Shown: positions 38,156-48,521 of the stretch, one piece after another
How the letters are laid out: each line of letters opens with the position of its first letter
Numbering within the stretch: the first letter of the stretch is position 1
DNA from: an uncultured Pelagibacteraceae bacterium
GTDB taxonomy: Bacteria; Pseudomonadota; Alphaproteobacteria; Pelagibacterales; Pelagibacteraceae
NCBI GenBank assembly: GCA_902520695.1
Contig: CABYOT010000006.1
Span: forward strand, 5,996-69,995
DNA: 64,000 nt
Direction: 5' to 3'
Notes under the pieces: generated by a model
Seen by the model: only the letters and a program-made list of their open reading frames with translations
What the model was told of the DNA's origin: nothing
Database searches by the model: none
Translations under genes and position numbers: made by a program

Positions 38156-39501
38156 ATAAAATTTAAAACTTGTTTCGCAGCTCTTTCACCACTTAGATCT
38201 GCTCCATGACATGTTGCAAAAACCCCTGTGGTTGCTTCCCCAGCAAAAAATAATTTATCTGCAACTGGTATTTTTAATTTTTTTCTTAAATGAGATTTTC
38301 CAGGTATGGCGCTTGAATATGATCCAAGTGTAAATGGGTTTTTTCCCCATGCTGTTACATGTGCTTTTATGAAATATTTATCAATTTTAGACCCAAATGC
38401 TGATCGAAGCCTATTTAATACAAAATCAATAGAAGCATCTTTACCTTCAGTCTCTAAATGCTGAGCAAATTTTCCTCCTACATCAAAATATGAAATATTA
38501 GTTCCTGAAATTTTAAGCGTTGCACACGAACCAGCAGGAGATCCATTTATTGTATTTTCAATTCTGTTTACAAAATATGTATCATTTTTCACTTTGTATT
38601 CTTTATAAAAATCATCTTTTAGCTGAAATGTAATGTGATTGTAAGTTCCTAGTCTTATGCCATCAAATGCTTCATATTTTCCTAGGGGTAGTGCAGGACT
38701 AAATTTTATTTTTCCAGCGTTTAATACTGCTACTGAAACAGTTACCACACATGTTTTTGCACTTATTGTTCCTTGATTTGTCTCTATTTGCACACCTTTA
38801 CCGCCCCATTTAATTTCATTTACCACAGTTTTTAATTTAACCGGTACATCTCTTCTGTAATAGGCAAGTAAAGTTCCATATCCCTCTTTAACATATCCAT
38901 CTCCCTCACCTTGATGTGTCGAATTAGTATGAGAATCATTTAAAGTATAATCATCAAAGTCCACAGCTGGCTGACACGGACCAAGCAATTGATGGACAGA
39001 ATGAAACCATTTATTCTTTTTCCATTTTTCTGGAATTTGGCTCATAAAAGGCTCATCTTTTGATGGAATATCATTTTTTTTCCATTGTTTCTTTTCAACT
39101 TTTGAATACAGTGAACCAAGCTTAAAGCCCTTAATTTTCTTTTCTCCATCATAAATCATCAAAGGCTCTTTATCTTTGTAGATATTAAATTTATCTTTAT
39201 GTTTTTTGCCAAATTCTGCTATTTGGTTTTTGCTGTATTGATGTAACCAGTGAGCACCCATATCATATGGAACGCCAAAAATAGAATTATCAGTGTAGCA
39301 TCTTCCACCTTTTCTACTCATTGCTTCAATACATAGTACAGATTTGCCCGATGCCATTAAATTTGAAGTTGCAGCTAATCCAGATGCTCCTGCACCAATT
39401 ACTACAACATCGTAATTATTTTGAGCGAGGGATATTTTAGGTAGGCTTAATAATGCTAATGACGATAAAGATGTTTTTAGAAATTTTCTTCTGTTTATCA
39501 T
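38152..39501 (-). CDS. Tat-exported flavin amine oxidase family protein
   Basis: Twin-arginine NRRKFLK signal, VIGAGASGLAA, EAMSRKGGR, DMGAHW, FFAGEAT, HGADLSGERAA. Confidence 0.88.
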   Translation of the reverse strand: MINRRKFLKTSLSSLALLSLPKISLAQNNYDVVVIGAGASGLAATSNLMASGKSVLCIEAMSRKGGRCYTDNSIFGVPYDMGAHWLHQYSKNQIAEFGKKHKDKFNIYKDKEPLMIYDGEKKIKGFKLGSLYSKVEKKQWKKNDIPSKDEPFMSQIPEKWKKNKWFHSVHQLLGPCQPAVDFDDYTLNDSHTNSTHQGEGDGYVKEGYGTLLAYYRRDVPVKLKTVVNEIKWGGKGVQIETNQGTISAKTCVVTVSVAVLNAGKIKFSPALPLGKYEAFDGIRLGTYNHITFQLKDDFYKEYKVKNDTYFVNRIENTINGSPAGSCATLKISGTNISYFDVGGKFAQHLETEGKDASIDFVLNRLRSAFGSKIDKYFIKAHVTAWGKNPFTLGSYSSAIPGKSHLRKKLKIPVADKLFFAGEATTGVFATCHGADLSGERAAKQVLNFI

Positions 39502-40994
39502 TTTTTTATTATAGATTTATAAAAATGCCAGACAACTATTAAAATAGTCGTTAAAAGAATACACAATGTAAGTGTTCTGTCCCATAGAAACTCCCATGAT
39601 CCGTTACTTAATAGCAAAGATCGTCTTAAATTTTCCTCCATAAGACCTCCTAATACAAAGGCAAGTATTAGAGGTGGCATAGGAAAATCATATAATCTTA
39701 AAAATGTTGCAACAACTGCAATTCCAATCATCAAATAAATATCGAAATTATTGAAGGACATTACATAAATGCCTGTAACTGAGAAAAATAAAATTAAAGG
39801 TATTAAATAATTTTTAGGGACAGCAAGAATTCTTGCAATATATGGAATTAAAGGAAGATTTAAAATCAATAATATAACCATACCTATGTACATTGACATG
39901 ATTATTGACCAAAAAATTTCTGGATTTGTCATATATAATCTTGGTCCAGGCTGAACTCCAAAACCTAATAGTGCACCTAACATAACCGCTGTAGTTCCGC
40001 TTCCTGGTATACCTAGTGTCAACATGGGCACAAATGAGCCAGAACAAGCTGCATTATTTGCAGTTTCAGGAGCTGACAAACCATTTACACTTCCTTTACC
40101 AAATTTTTCTTTTTCTTCATCGTTAACTACATTTCTTTCCATTCCATAAGCTAAGAAAGATGCAATTGTTGCACCTGCGCCTGGCAATACTCCAATTAAA
40201 AAACCAATTATAGATGATCTTGGGATTGTTTTGTACATTTTTGATCTTTCTTCTTTATTGATTTTAATTGAACCAAGTTCTGTCAATGAAACTTGTTTAG
40301 CAGCACTAGTTGGATCATTTCTTTTTAATATTATTGTAAGTGCCTCACTCATTGCAAAAGTTGCCATTACAACTAATACAAAACTTATTCCATCTGTTAA
40401 GTTCATATTTTCAAATGTAAATCTTGTAATATCTGATAAGCTATCTTGACCAACTGAAGCTAACATTAAACCTAATACTACCATCATCATTGCTTTCAAA
40501 AATTGACCTTTAGAAGAAAAAGCAGCAATAGCGGTTAAACCTAGAATCATTAAAGCGAAATAATCTGGCGATCTGAATGACAAACTTACTTTAGACAAAC
40601 TGGGTGCCATAAATAAAAGATAAATTGCAGATAATGTCCCTCCTGCAAAAGAACTCCAAGCAGCAATTGCTAAAGCCTTACCTGCCTTTCCTTGTTGTGC
40701 CATTGGGTAACCATCAAATGAGGTAGCAACAGTCCCTGGAACACCCGGTGCGTTAAGCAAAATTGAGGAAGTTGAGCCACCAAATACAGCACCATAATAA
40801 ACTCCAGCCATCAGAATTAATCCTGTAGCAGGATCAAAACCATAAGTAATTGGTATCATTAAAGCAATGGCAGTCATTGGACCAAGTCCAGGTAACATTC
40901 CAATAATAGTTCCAAAAAAACAACCTACCATTACCATTAAAATATTTTGAAGTGTAAGAGCTGTGGTTAATCCAATTAAAATCCCTTCGATCAT
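39498..40994 (-). CDS. tctA: Tripartite tricarboxylate transporter large permease
   Basis: GMLPGLGP, YYGAVFGGS, FDGYPMA, GVLPGAGA, PETANNA, LTLGIPGS. Confidence 0.95.
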   Translation of the reverse strand: MIEGILIGLTTALTLQNILMVMVGCFFGTIIGMLPGLGPMTAIALMIPITYGFDPATGLILMAGVYYGAVFGGSTSSILLNAPGVPGTVATSFDGYPMAQQGKAGKALAIAAWSSFAGGTLSAIYLLFMAPSLSKVSLSFRSPDYFALMILGLTAIAAFSSKGQFLKAMMMVVLGLMLASVGQDSLSDITRFTFENMNLTDGISFVLVVMATFAMSEALTIILKRNDPTSAAKQVSLTELGSIKINKEERSKMYKTIPRSSIIGFLIGVLPGAGATIASFLAYGMERNVVNDEEKEKFGKGSVNGLSAPETANNAACSGSFVPMLTLGIPGSGTTAVMLGALLGFGVQPGPRLYMTNPEIFWSIIMSMYIGMVILLILNLPLIPYIARILAVPKNYLIPLILFFSVTGIYVMSFNNFDIYLMIGIAVVATFLRLYDFPMPPLILAFVLGGLMEENLRRSLLLSNGSWEFLWDRTLTLCILLTTILIVVWHFYKSIIKK

Positions 40995-41461
40995 CCCATA
41001 ACTCCAATTGATTGTAAAAATGGATCTCTTAAATAAATATCAAGAATACCATGAAGAAGGTACATAAAAGCTGCCACGAAGGGAAATGATAGCAAAAACA
41101 TCAAGATCCATCTTCTCTCACCTAAAAAATAATAAGATGAAAACAAAAATAAAGAAGTGGTTAAAAAATATCCAACTTTTAAAATTGTAGCTCCATAAAT
41201 AATTGCAATTACTATAAGTATTGCTGTTTTTTTATACTCTAGATTTTTATGGTCTACTTTTATGGTGTTAGGCTCAGGTAGAACAAGTTTTAACCCAGAA
41301 AAAAATAATCCTGCATAGCCTAAATAAATTGGAAATGTTCTAGCATTAAATGGTGCATTTTCATCAAATGCAAAAACCTGAATTTGATAAGCGGTGTATA
41401 GATAGAATGCTGAGAAAATAAAAAAGAGCAGTGATATAATTTTTGTTGTATTTATATTCAC
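40991..41461 (-). CDS. tctB: Tripartite tricarboxylate transporter small permease
   Basis: 4-TM protein with ARTFP motif, between tctC and tctA. Confidence 0.88.
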   Translation of the reverse strand: MNINTTKIISLLFFIFSAFYLYTAYQIQVFAFDENAPFNARTFPIYLGYAGLFFSGLKLVLPEPNTIKVDHKNLEYKKTAILIVIAIIYGATILKVGYFLTTSLFLFSSYYFLGERRWILMFLLSFPFVAAFMYLLHGILDIYLRDPFLQSIGVMG

Positions 41462-41487
41462 TGCTCTATTTTAAATAATCTTAAAGA

Positions 41488-42468
41488 TTAAATTACTCCT
41501 AGTTTTTTCATAAGAGCTGTCATTTCTTCAGTTTGTTTTTCTAAGAAAGATACAAACTTACCTTCTGGATTGTAAATATTAACCCATGCATTTCTTGCTC
41601 TAACAGTTTCCCATTCAGAAGTCTTTTGTACATCGCCTAACATTTTAGCAATTTTTGATTTATCTGCACTACTCATTCCTGGAGGTCCAAAGAAACCTCT
41701 CCAGTTAACAAATTGTACATCATAACCTTGTTCTTTAAGAGTTGGTGCATCTGGAGCATCAGAAACTCTTGAAGGAGCTGTTATACCAATAATTCTTACT
41801 TGGTCTCTTGCACCCATAAGCTCACCTAAACCTGTAGAGATAATTTGTGTTTCCCCAGATAACAGTCCAGCTAATGCTTTTCCACCTGCATCATAAGGAA
41901 TATAAGCAACATCATTAGGATTGGCACCAGCAGCTTGGAAAGCTAAAGCACCAATTAAATGGTCCATACTTCCTCTTACTGATCCACCTGCCATTTTAAT
42001 AGAACTTGCATCTTTTTTGTATGCATCAACAACATCTTTAAAATTTTTATAAGGTGAATTTTTAGCAACTGCTATTGCACCGTAATCTCCAATAACACCA
42101 GCTATTGGCACAACATCTTTATAAGATAAAGTTCCACTTCCACTTACATAACCTTTGTGTCTTGTAATTGATCTTAATACTAATGGTGTTGATTGAACTA
42201 AGACTGTATTTGCAGGCTTATTATTAATCATGTAAGCTAATGCTTTTCCACCACCACCACCTGACATATTTTCAAATGATGCACTTTTTAACATACCAGC
42301 TTTTGTTAAAGCTTCTCCAGTACCTCTAGCAGTTCCATCCCAACCACCACCAGCACCACCACCAATTACAAAGTGCAATTTATCAATTGCTAATGAACTA
42401 GTTGTTGTTGCTGAAAGTATAAGAATTGCTGAGAATAAAACTGAAATTATTGATTTAATTAGTTTCAT
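41488..42468 (-). CDS. tctC: Tripartite tricarboxylate transporter binding protein (Bug/TctC)
   Basis: GGGAGGGWDGTAR, ENMSGGGGG, PYDAGG, NWRGFFGPPG; AGGAG RBS. Confidence 0.94.
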   Translation of the reverse strand: MKLIKSIISVLFSAILILSATTTSSLAIDKLHFVIGGGAGGGWDGTARGTGEALTKAGMLKSASFENMSGGGGGKALAYMINNKPANTVLVQSTPLVLRSITRHKGYVSGSGTLSYKDVVPIAGVIGDYGAIAVAKNSPYKNFKDVVDAYKKDASSIKMAGGSVRGSMDHLIGALAFQAAGANPNDVAYIPYDAGGKALAGLLSGETQIISTGLGELMGARDQVRIIGITAPSRVSDAPDAPTLKEQGYDVQFVNWRGFFGPPGMSSADKSKIAKMLGDVQKTSEWETVRARNAWVNIYNPEGKFVSFLEKQTEEMTALMKKLGVI

Positions 42469-42500
42469 TATTTTTTCTCCTATTATAATTATAATTAGTT

Positions 42501-42529
42501 ATTAAACATAAATTAAAATTCAGTGTCAA
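42501..42529 (-). promoter_or_regulatory. Putative sigma70 promoter of tctCBA
   Basis: Minus strand TTGACA, 17 nt spacer, TTTAAT. Confidence 0.65.
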
Positions 42530-42556
42530 TGAGGATTTATTATTTAAATATTAAAC

Positions 42557-43639
42557 GTGATTCCATTTAAAAAATTATTAAATGAGCTTAACATTAGTTA
42601 TAAGGCTTTAATCATAGGGGTAATAGGAGGTTATATTGGAACTCTAATTGGTCTTCCTTTACCTTGGTTGCTAGGTGCTTTAGGTTTAAATCTGTGTATT
42701 GCTTTTACTAATTTTAAAATTGAATTCTCAACAAAATTACTTAATCCAGTTTTTCTGATGGTTGGTATTATTTTAGGTGGAACGTTGAATGTATCTTTAT
42801 TATATAAAATTCATTTATGGATATTCTCATCTATGGCTATGGTTGTTTGTACTGTAGTCAGTACTGTTTTAGCAGGATATTATTTTATTAAAGTTTGTAA
42901 ATTTGATAAGTTTATTGCAACACTTGCCGCACTACCTGGGGCATTTGTCCCAATAGCTGCAGCACTTTTAGAGTATGGAAAAAAAGAAAATCATAAACAA
43001 GTTTTAATTCCTCAAGCCACAAGAGTTATATTTATTGTAAGTTTTGTACCTATATTATTTATTAGCAAGTTAGGATTTTCTGAAATTGCAGGATATAATT
43101 ATGAAAATATTTACGATCTAAGATATTTTTTAGAAATTATTTTTTTAATAGTTATTTGTTATTTATTTTCTAAATTGCTCAAAAAATTTAATATCCCTTC
43201 ACCTATACTTGTTGGTGCAATGGCCTTATCTGGCTTATTTTATACTTTTGAGATTGTTAACTCTAGATTCCCAGATACAGTAATAAATATAGCATTCATT
43301 TTTTTGGGTACTGCTCTTGGAAGCAGATTAAATGGATTAAAACTTAAAGAATTATTTTTTTATATTTTTCATGGAATAATTGTTTGTTCTATTTTAGTTA
43401 TTGTTGCGATGATTACAGCTTACTTTCTTCAGTATTTAGGATTTGATTTTATTCCAACTTTTTTAAGTTTTGCTCCAGGAGGAATTCATGAAATGGTTGT
43501 GATTAGCGTTGCCTATAATATTGATCCTATTTTTGTAAGTTATCATCATTTTTTAAGAATATTAATAATTGTAGCTTTTTTACCATTTTTGCTTAAAAAA
43601 TTTGGTAACAACTCTATTAAAAATACAAAGTTTAAATAA
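42557..43639 (+). CDS. AbrB (AidB-regulator-like) duplicated-domain membrane protein
   Basis: LPLPWLLGA, ALPGA and FAPGGIHEM repeats, HHFLRILI. Confidence 0.85.
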   Translation: MIPFKKLLNELNISYKALIIGVIGGYIGTLIGLPLPWLLGALGLNLCIAFTNFKIEFSTKLLNPVFLMVGIILGGTLNVSLLYKIHLWIFSSMAMVVCTVVSTVLAGYYFIKVCKFDKFIATLAALPGAFVPIAAALLEYGKKENHKQVLIPQATRVIFIVSFVPILFISKLGFSEIAGYNYENIYDLRYFLEIIFLIVICYLFSKLLKKFNIPSPILVGAMALSGLFYTFEIVNSRFPDTVINIAFIFLGTALGSRLNGLKLKELFFYIFHGIIVCSILVIVAMITAYFLQYLGFDFIPTFLSFAPGGIHEMVVISVAYNIDPIFVSYHHFLRILIIVAFLPFLLKKFGNNSIKNTKFK

Positions 43640-44375
43640 AATCAAATATTAACTTTGTACTACTGACAAGAATTAAACCATAGATAATGTTATAAAACAA
43701 ATTTTCATCTATAATTTTAAGCAATTGATAACCAATAAATATTCCAATTAAAGCCAATGGAAAAAGTGAGACAGATTGAAATAAGGTATCAAAATTCATC
43801 ATTGATAGATAAATATACAAAGGTAGTTTTATTAAGTTAACACAACTAAAAAAGATAATTCTCGTTCCTACATATATTTCTTTTTTTAACCTTAATGGAA
43901 GTAAATAAAGACTTGTGGGTGTTCCACCAGCATGCACACAAAAACTAGAAAATCCTGCAATAGATGAACAAATTGCACCTTTTAAAAAGTTTTGCTTAGC
44001 AGGAACTGTCTTTTCTTTTTTAAACAAAAAATAGTGTCCAGCAAATAAAAATCCCATTATTCCAACTATTAATTTAAGCAAATCCTCTGAAAAATGATTG
44101 AATGTTAACGAACCTATTACAATCCCTATTGCTGCAAACGGCACAATTACCCTGAGTATACTAAAATTAAACTCTTTTCTAAATCTGTAAACAGCAATCA
44201 TGTCTGAAAAAATTAAAATAGGTAGAATAATTGCTAAAGCTTGTTGCAATGGCATCACAACTGTCATCAATGGGACTGATATTAATGATATCGAACCTCC
44301 TAATCCAGATTTTGCTATACCGTACAAAATTATTGCAGGAACAACACTTATAAAAAAAAGGAAATTTATTTCCAT
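43632..44375 (-). CDS. TSUP (TauE/SafE) family membrane protein
   Basis: GIAKSGLGG, ILPILIFSD, HAGGTP, NLIKLP. Confidence 0.85.
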   Translation of the reverse strand: MEINFLFFISVVPAIILYGIAKSGLGGSISLISVPLMTVVMPLQQALAIILPILIFSDMIAVYRFRKEFNFSILRVIVPFAAIGIVIGSLTFNHFSEDLLKLIVGIMGFLFAGHYFLFKKEKTVPAKQNFLKGAICSSIAGFSSFCVHAGGTPTSLYLLPLRLKKEIYVGTRIIFFSCVNLIKLPLYIYLSMMNFDTLFQSVSLFPLALIGIFIGYQLLKIIDENLFYNIIYGLILVSSTKLIFDFI

Positions 44376-45316
44376 TAATTTAATGATTTTGTTAAATATT
44401 CAAAAACCTTTTCAGGTGATAATTTATTTAAATCTGTAACTTGAATTGCTTTAAAATTTTCTCTCTCTATACTCACTTTATATGCAGTAGTATGAGAGCC
44501 AAATAAGGCTAAGCCTTTAGTATCTAAATGTGCTGCTATATGTGCAGGTCCTGTGTCATTTGCTACAACGAAAGAACTGTCTTTTATTAATGTAGCAAGT
44601 TCAGAAATATCTAAAGATCTATTTTCTTTTAAAATTGAAATCGCATTAATTTCTTTTGTCATATTAATTTCATCAGGACCTGGAGCTACTATAATCTTAT
44701 ATTCATCTTTAAATTTATTCTTAATTAAATCTATAAGTTTATTATAATTAGGCCATTTTTTAATCTGTAAATGCGGAGAGCAAAAAGGAAATAAAATTAT
44801 ATATTTATTTAAATCAAATTTTTTTTTTATATTTTCAATATTGGAACAAGCCCAACTAAAATCAGGAAACATAGTGTATTTAGAACTAACTCCAGATGTT
44901 TCTAATTGATGTTTAAATCTGTCTAAAACAGGATTTTTATCAAATTCATCCTTGGATTTATCTTTTGGCAATGTGGTTTCAGAAGACGACCAAACAAGAT
45001 TACTAGCATTTGGGAACAATATTTTCTTATAGAAATTTGAACGAGAAGAATTTTGTAAATCAAAAACTTTTAAAAATTTATATTTTTTTAATTTGCGCAT
45101 GAGATTGAATAAATAAATCAGATTAAATCTTGATAATCTTTTATCCAAAATTATGTCCTCTAAACATGGATTTTTTTTGAAAAGATCAATGTAAGGCTTT
45201 GATGTTAATAAATATACTTTATCATCTTTGTGAAAATCAGAAATATCTTGAATTGCACCACTCGCTTGGGCTATATCACCTAAAGATCCATGTTTAATTA
45301 TAAGAATATTAGACAT
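44375..45316 (-). CDS. Glycosyltransferase family 9 (heptosyltransferase-like)
   Basis: IIKHGSLGDI, DLQNSSRS, KKWP, ANDTGPAHIAA. Confidence 0.88.
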   Translation of the reverse strand: MSNILIIKHGSLGDIAQASGAIQDISDFHKDDKVYLLTSKPYIDLFKKNPCLEDIILDKRLSRFNLIYLFNLMRKLKKYKFLKVFDLQNSSRSNFYKKILFPNASNLVWSSSETTLPKDKSKDEFDKNPVLDRFKHQLETSGVSSKYTMFPDFSWACSNIENIKKKFDLNKYIILFPFCSPHLQIKKWPNYNKLIDLIKNKFKDEYKIIVAPGPDEINMTKEINAISILKENRSLDISELATLIKDSSFVVANDTGPAHIAAHLDTKGLALFGSHTTAYKVSIERENFKAIQVTDLNKLSPEKVFEYLTKSLN

Positions 45317-45348
45317 ATTTTTAACAACTTAACACACTATGTTTATAT

Positions 45349-45738
45349 ATGAATAAAATTTTAGTTGAAGTATCTGTAGGTGAACTTTTAGATAAAATTT
45401 CAATTTTAGAAATCAAAAAAGAAAAAATTAAGGATCTTGAGAAACTTAAATTTATAAATGATGAATATAGTGTACTGAAATATCAATTAAATAAAAATGT
45501 TAAATCAGACGAAAAACTAAGTGAATTATTCAATTCATTAAAAGAAATTAATTCAAAACTCTGGGTTATTGAAGATAATAAAAGGTTATGTGAAAAAAAT
45601 TCCGATTTTGGTGAAAAATTTATAAAACTCTCAAGAGATGTGCACTTTTTAAATGATGACAGAGCAAAAATTAAACTAGAAGTTAATAATCATACAGGCT
45701 CTAAAATTAAAGAAATTAAAGAATATACAAGCTACTAA
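45349..45738 (+). CDS. Conserved hypothetical protein (DUF6165-like)
   Basis: VSVGELLDKISILEIK, NSKLWVIED, NDDRAKIK..N..TGS.IKE.K.Y. Confidence 0.75.
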   Translation: MNKILVEVSVGELLDKISILEIKKEKIKDLEKLKFINDEYSVLKYQLNKNVKSDEKLSELFNSLKEINSKLWVIEDNKRLCEKNSDFGEKFIKLSRDVHFLNDDRAKIKLEVNNHTGSKIKEIKEYTSY

Positions 45739-45745
45739 TTATTAA

Positions 45746-47056
45746 GTGAGCGATAAATCTTCAATAAAATACATATTGAGTTTATCTATACCAATATTTT
45801 TTGCTAACCTTGCAACACCTCTGGTTGGAATTGTTGATACGACATTAATGGGTAATATGAGTAATCAAGGTTATCTCACTGCTACAAGTATAGCATCCAG
45901 TTTTTTTTCATTAGTATTTTGGAGTTTTGGTTTTTTAAGAATGGGAACTGTTGGCCTTGTAAGTCAATCATTTGGAAGAAATGATTATAAAAGTATCTTA
46001 AATATAGTTTTTAGAAATCTATTATTTGTGATTTCAATATCAATTTTATTAATACTATTCCAAAAACAATTATTAAATTTATGTCTAATATTTTTTGATC
46101 TATCGCTTGATACAGAAAAAAAATTCAATGATTATTTTAATATAAGAATTTACTCATCTTTTTTTGAATTGACAATTTATATTGTTGTAGGTTTATTTAT
46201 TGGATTACAAAAGACAAAAATTTCAAGTGTTGCAATTGTTTTATTGTCTATTCTAAATATTTTATTTAGCTCTATTTTAGTATTAAAATTCAATTTAAAT
46301 ATTAAAGGTGTCGCATATGGAACTTTGCTTGCTACAGGAGTAACATCGTTTTTATTTTTATTTTATATTTTCTATTATTTAAGAAAATATGTATCTTTAA
46401 ACTTTAATATTAAGGAAATTGTAAATACCTCAAAATTAAAAAATTTATTAGAGATAAATTTAAATATATTTTTAAGAACTCTTTTATTAAGTTTTTCTTT
46501 TTTTTGGTTTACTTATCTAGGTGGGAGAATTGGCGAAGAATTTATTGCAGCTAATACAATTTTATTAAATCTTATATTTTTATCTGCATTTATTTTAGAT
46601 GCTTATGCCTTTTCAACTGAAGGTATAGTTGGATATTCTATTGGTAAAAAAAATAAAATACTTTTTACAAATATAGTTAAAAACTCTTTTATTTTAAGTT
46701 CTTTAACTGGAATTTTGATTTCTCTGTTTTACCTGTTTTTCAAAAATTCATTTATAGATTTTATGACTGACATAGAGAATGTAAGAGACATTAGTTATCA
46801 GTATTCATTTTGGTTAGTGCTTCTGCCTTTTGTTTCGTCTTTTTGTTACCAATTAGATGGAATATTTATTGGAGCATCTCAAACAAAAGAGCTGAGAAAT
46901 GCCATGTTTATCTCTGTTGTTATTCATTTAATAAGTTCATTTATGCTTGTTGAAGGGTTCGGTAATCAAGGTTTATGGATTTCACTCACTATATTTTTGA
47001 TTTTACGAGCTCTCACATTAGTTTTTTATTTTAATAGAATTTACTTAAAAATTTAA
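45746..47056 (+). CDS. MATE family efflux transporter (DinF-like)
   Basis: PLVGIVDT, FGFLRMGT, DAYAFSTE, QLDGIFIG; about 12 TM helices. Confidence 0.9.
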   Translation: MSDKSSIKYILSLSIPIFFANLATPLVGIVDTTLMGNMSNQGYLTATSIASSFFSLVFWSFGFLRMGTVGLVSQSFGRNDYKSILNIVFRNLLFVISISILLILFQKQLLNLCLIFFDLSLDTEKKFNDYFNIRIYSSFFELTIYIVVGLFIGLQKTKISSVAIVLLSILNILFSSILVLKFNLNIKGVAYGTLLATGVTSFLFLFYIFYYLRKYVSLNFNIKEIVNTSKLKNLLEINLNIFLRTLLLSFSFFWFTYLGGRIGEEFIAANTILLNLIFLSAFILDAYAFSTEGIVGYSIGKKNKILFTNIVKNSFILSSLTGILISLFYLFFKNSFIDFMTDIENVRDISYQYSFWLVLLPFVSSFCYQLDGIFIGASQTKELRNAMFISVVIHLISSFMLVEGFGNQGLWISLTIFLILRALTLVFYFNRIYLKI

Positions 47057-47061
47057 ATTAG

Positions 47062-47847
47062 TTATTTAAGGCTTGGAATAACTTTTCTTAAATCCATGGC
47101 TATTTTTGGAATTATATTTGAATATATAATTCCTTTACCAACTTTCTTAAGAGCCATTATTTTACCATCGGGTGAAATAATAACCGTATGCCCAAAAGTT
47201 TCTCTTTTAATTGTATTTTTTCCTGTTTGATTAGGTGCAAAAATATAACAAAAGTTTTCAATTGCTCTTGCTTGTAATAAAGTTAACCAATGTCTTTGAC
47301 CAGTTGTTTTAGTAAATGCAGATGGAACAGTGATAAAACTTAGATTTCTTTTTGATAAGTTTCTATAAAGTTCTGGAAATCTTAAATCATAACAAATTGA
47401 AAGACCTATATTTCCCCAGGGTAATTTAGCTGATACTAATTTTTTACCTGCCTTAAATACTTTACTTTCTTTATGTTGTTCTTTTTTTGAAACTTTAACA
47501 TCAAACATATTTATTTTATCATAATAAGTATTTATTTTACCTTTAGGTCCAATAAGAATTGATCTGTTTCTTAATTTGCTTTTTTCTTTAATGCACATTG
47601 AGCCAAGAAGTATCCATTTCTTCTTTGTTTTAGCTATAATTTTTACTTTTTTTATTATTGGATCATGTTTCATTTCATATGAATATTTAAATAAATTATT
47701 TTTGTCAGCAGACATCAATGAAGAAGTTTCTGGAGTAATTATTAAGTCTGCTTTATTTGCAATTGCTTGATTAATATATTTTACAATATCTTTAAAATTT
47801 TTATTATAATCTTCCCCACTAGATAATTGAATACAAGCTACTTTCAT
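47062..47847 (-). CDS. Carbon-nitrogen hydrolase, Nit1/deaminated-glutathione amidase-like
   Basis: Glu-Lys-Cys triad (TPE, YDKINMFDV, SICYDLRFPELYR), PSAFT..TG..HW, ARAIEN. Confidence 0.88.
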   Translation of the reverse strand: MKVACIQLSSGEDYNKNFKDIVKYINQAIANKADLIITPETSSLMSADKNNLFKYSYEMKHDPIIKKVKIIAKTKKKWILLGSMCIKEKSKLRNRSILIGPKGKINTYYDKINMFDVKVSKKEQHKESKVFKAGKKLVSAKLPWGNIGLSICYDLRFPELYRNLSKRNLSFITVPSAFTKTTGQRHWLTLLQARAIENFCYIFAPNQTGKNTIKRETFGHTVIISPDGKIMALKKVGKGIIYSNIIPKIAMDLRKVIPSLK

Positions 47848-48521
47848 GTTTGAAATCCGTATTTTTTTTCTAAATACTTTATAATATTGTGAATTATAAA
47901 TGTAATAAATAAATAAATTATTCCTGCTGTAATAAAAGCCTCAAAAGGTTTAAAAGTTAAAACATTTACTTTTCTAGCCTCACCCATTAAATCCATAATT
48001 GTTATAACACTTGCAAGTGAAGTACCTTTAAGCATTAATATTATTTCATTCCCATATGCTGGAAGTGATTGTTTTATAGCTATTGGCAATTGAATTCTGT
48101 AAAAAGTTATTTTTTTTGTTACTCCTAAACTTTGAGCAGCTTCAATGTAACCTTTTTTAATTGTCTGAAATGCTGATCTTAGTATCTCAGACGTATAAGC
48201 TCCTGTATTTAAAGAAAATGCAATAATTGCACACCAGTATGGTTCTTTAATTATTGCCCAAAAAAATGAATTTCTTAATAATTCTATATTAGCTAAACCA
48301 TAATATATTAAATATAATTGAACAAGTAGAGGTGTTCCTCTAAAAAAATAAGAATAACCATAGGCAAACTTATTAATTATTGGATTTTTATTAATTCTTA
48401 AAATTGCAAAAATTAAACCTATTATTAATCCAAAAAACATTGATGATACTAAAAGCTGAAGAGTGATAACTGCACCACTTAATAAATTGGGAAAAATACT
48501 AATCATTAATTTTATATCCAT
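47844..48521 (-). CDS. Polar amino-acid ABC permease (HisM/OccM-like)
   Basis: FRGTPLLVQL, AYTSEILR, KGTSLAS. Confidence 0.9.
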   Translation of the reverse strand: MDIKLMISIFPNLLSGAVITLQLLVSSMFFGLIIGLIFAILRINKNPIINKFAYGYSYFFRGTPLLVQLYLIYYGLANIELLRNSFFWAIIKEPYWCAIIAFSLNTGAYTSEILRSAFQTIKKGYIEAAQSLGVTKKITFYRIQLPIAIKQSLPAYGNEIILMLKGTSLASVITIMDLMGEARKVNVLTFKPFEAFITAGIIYLFITFIIHNIIKYLEKKYGFQT

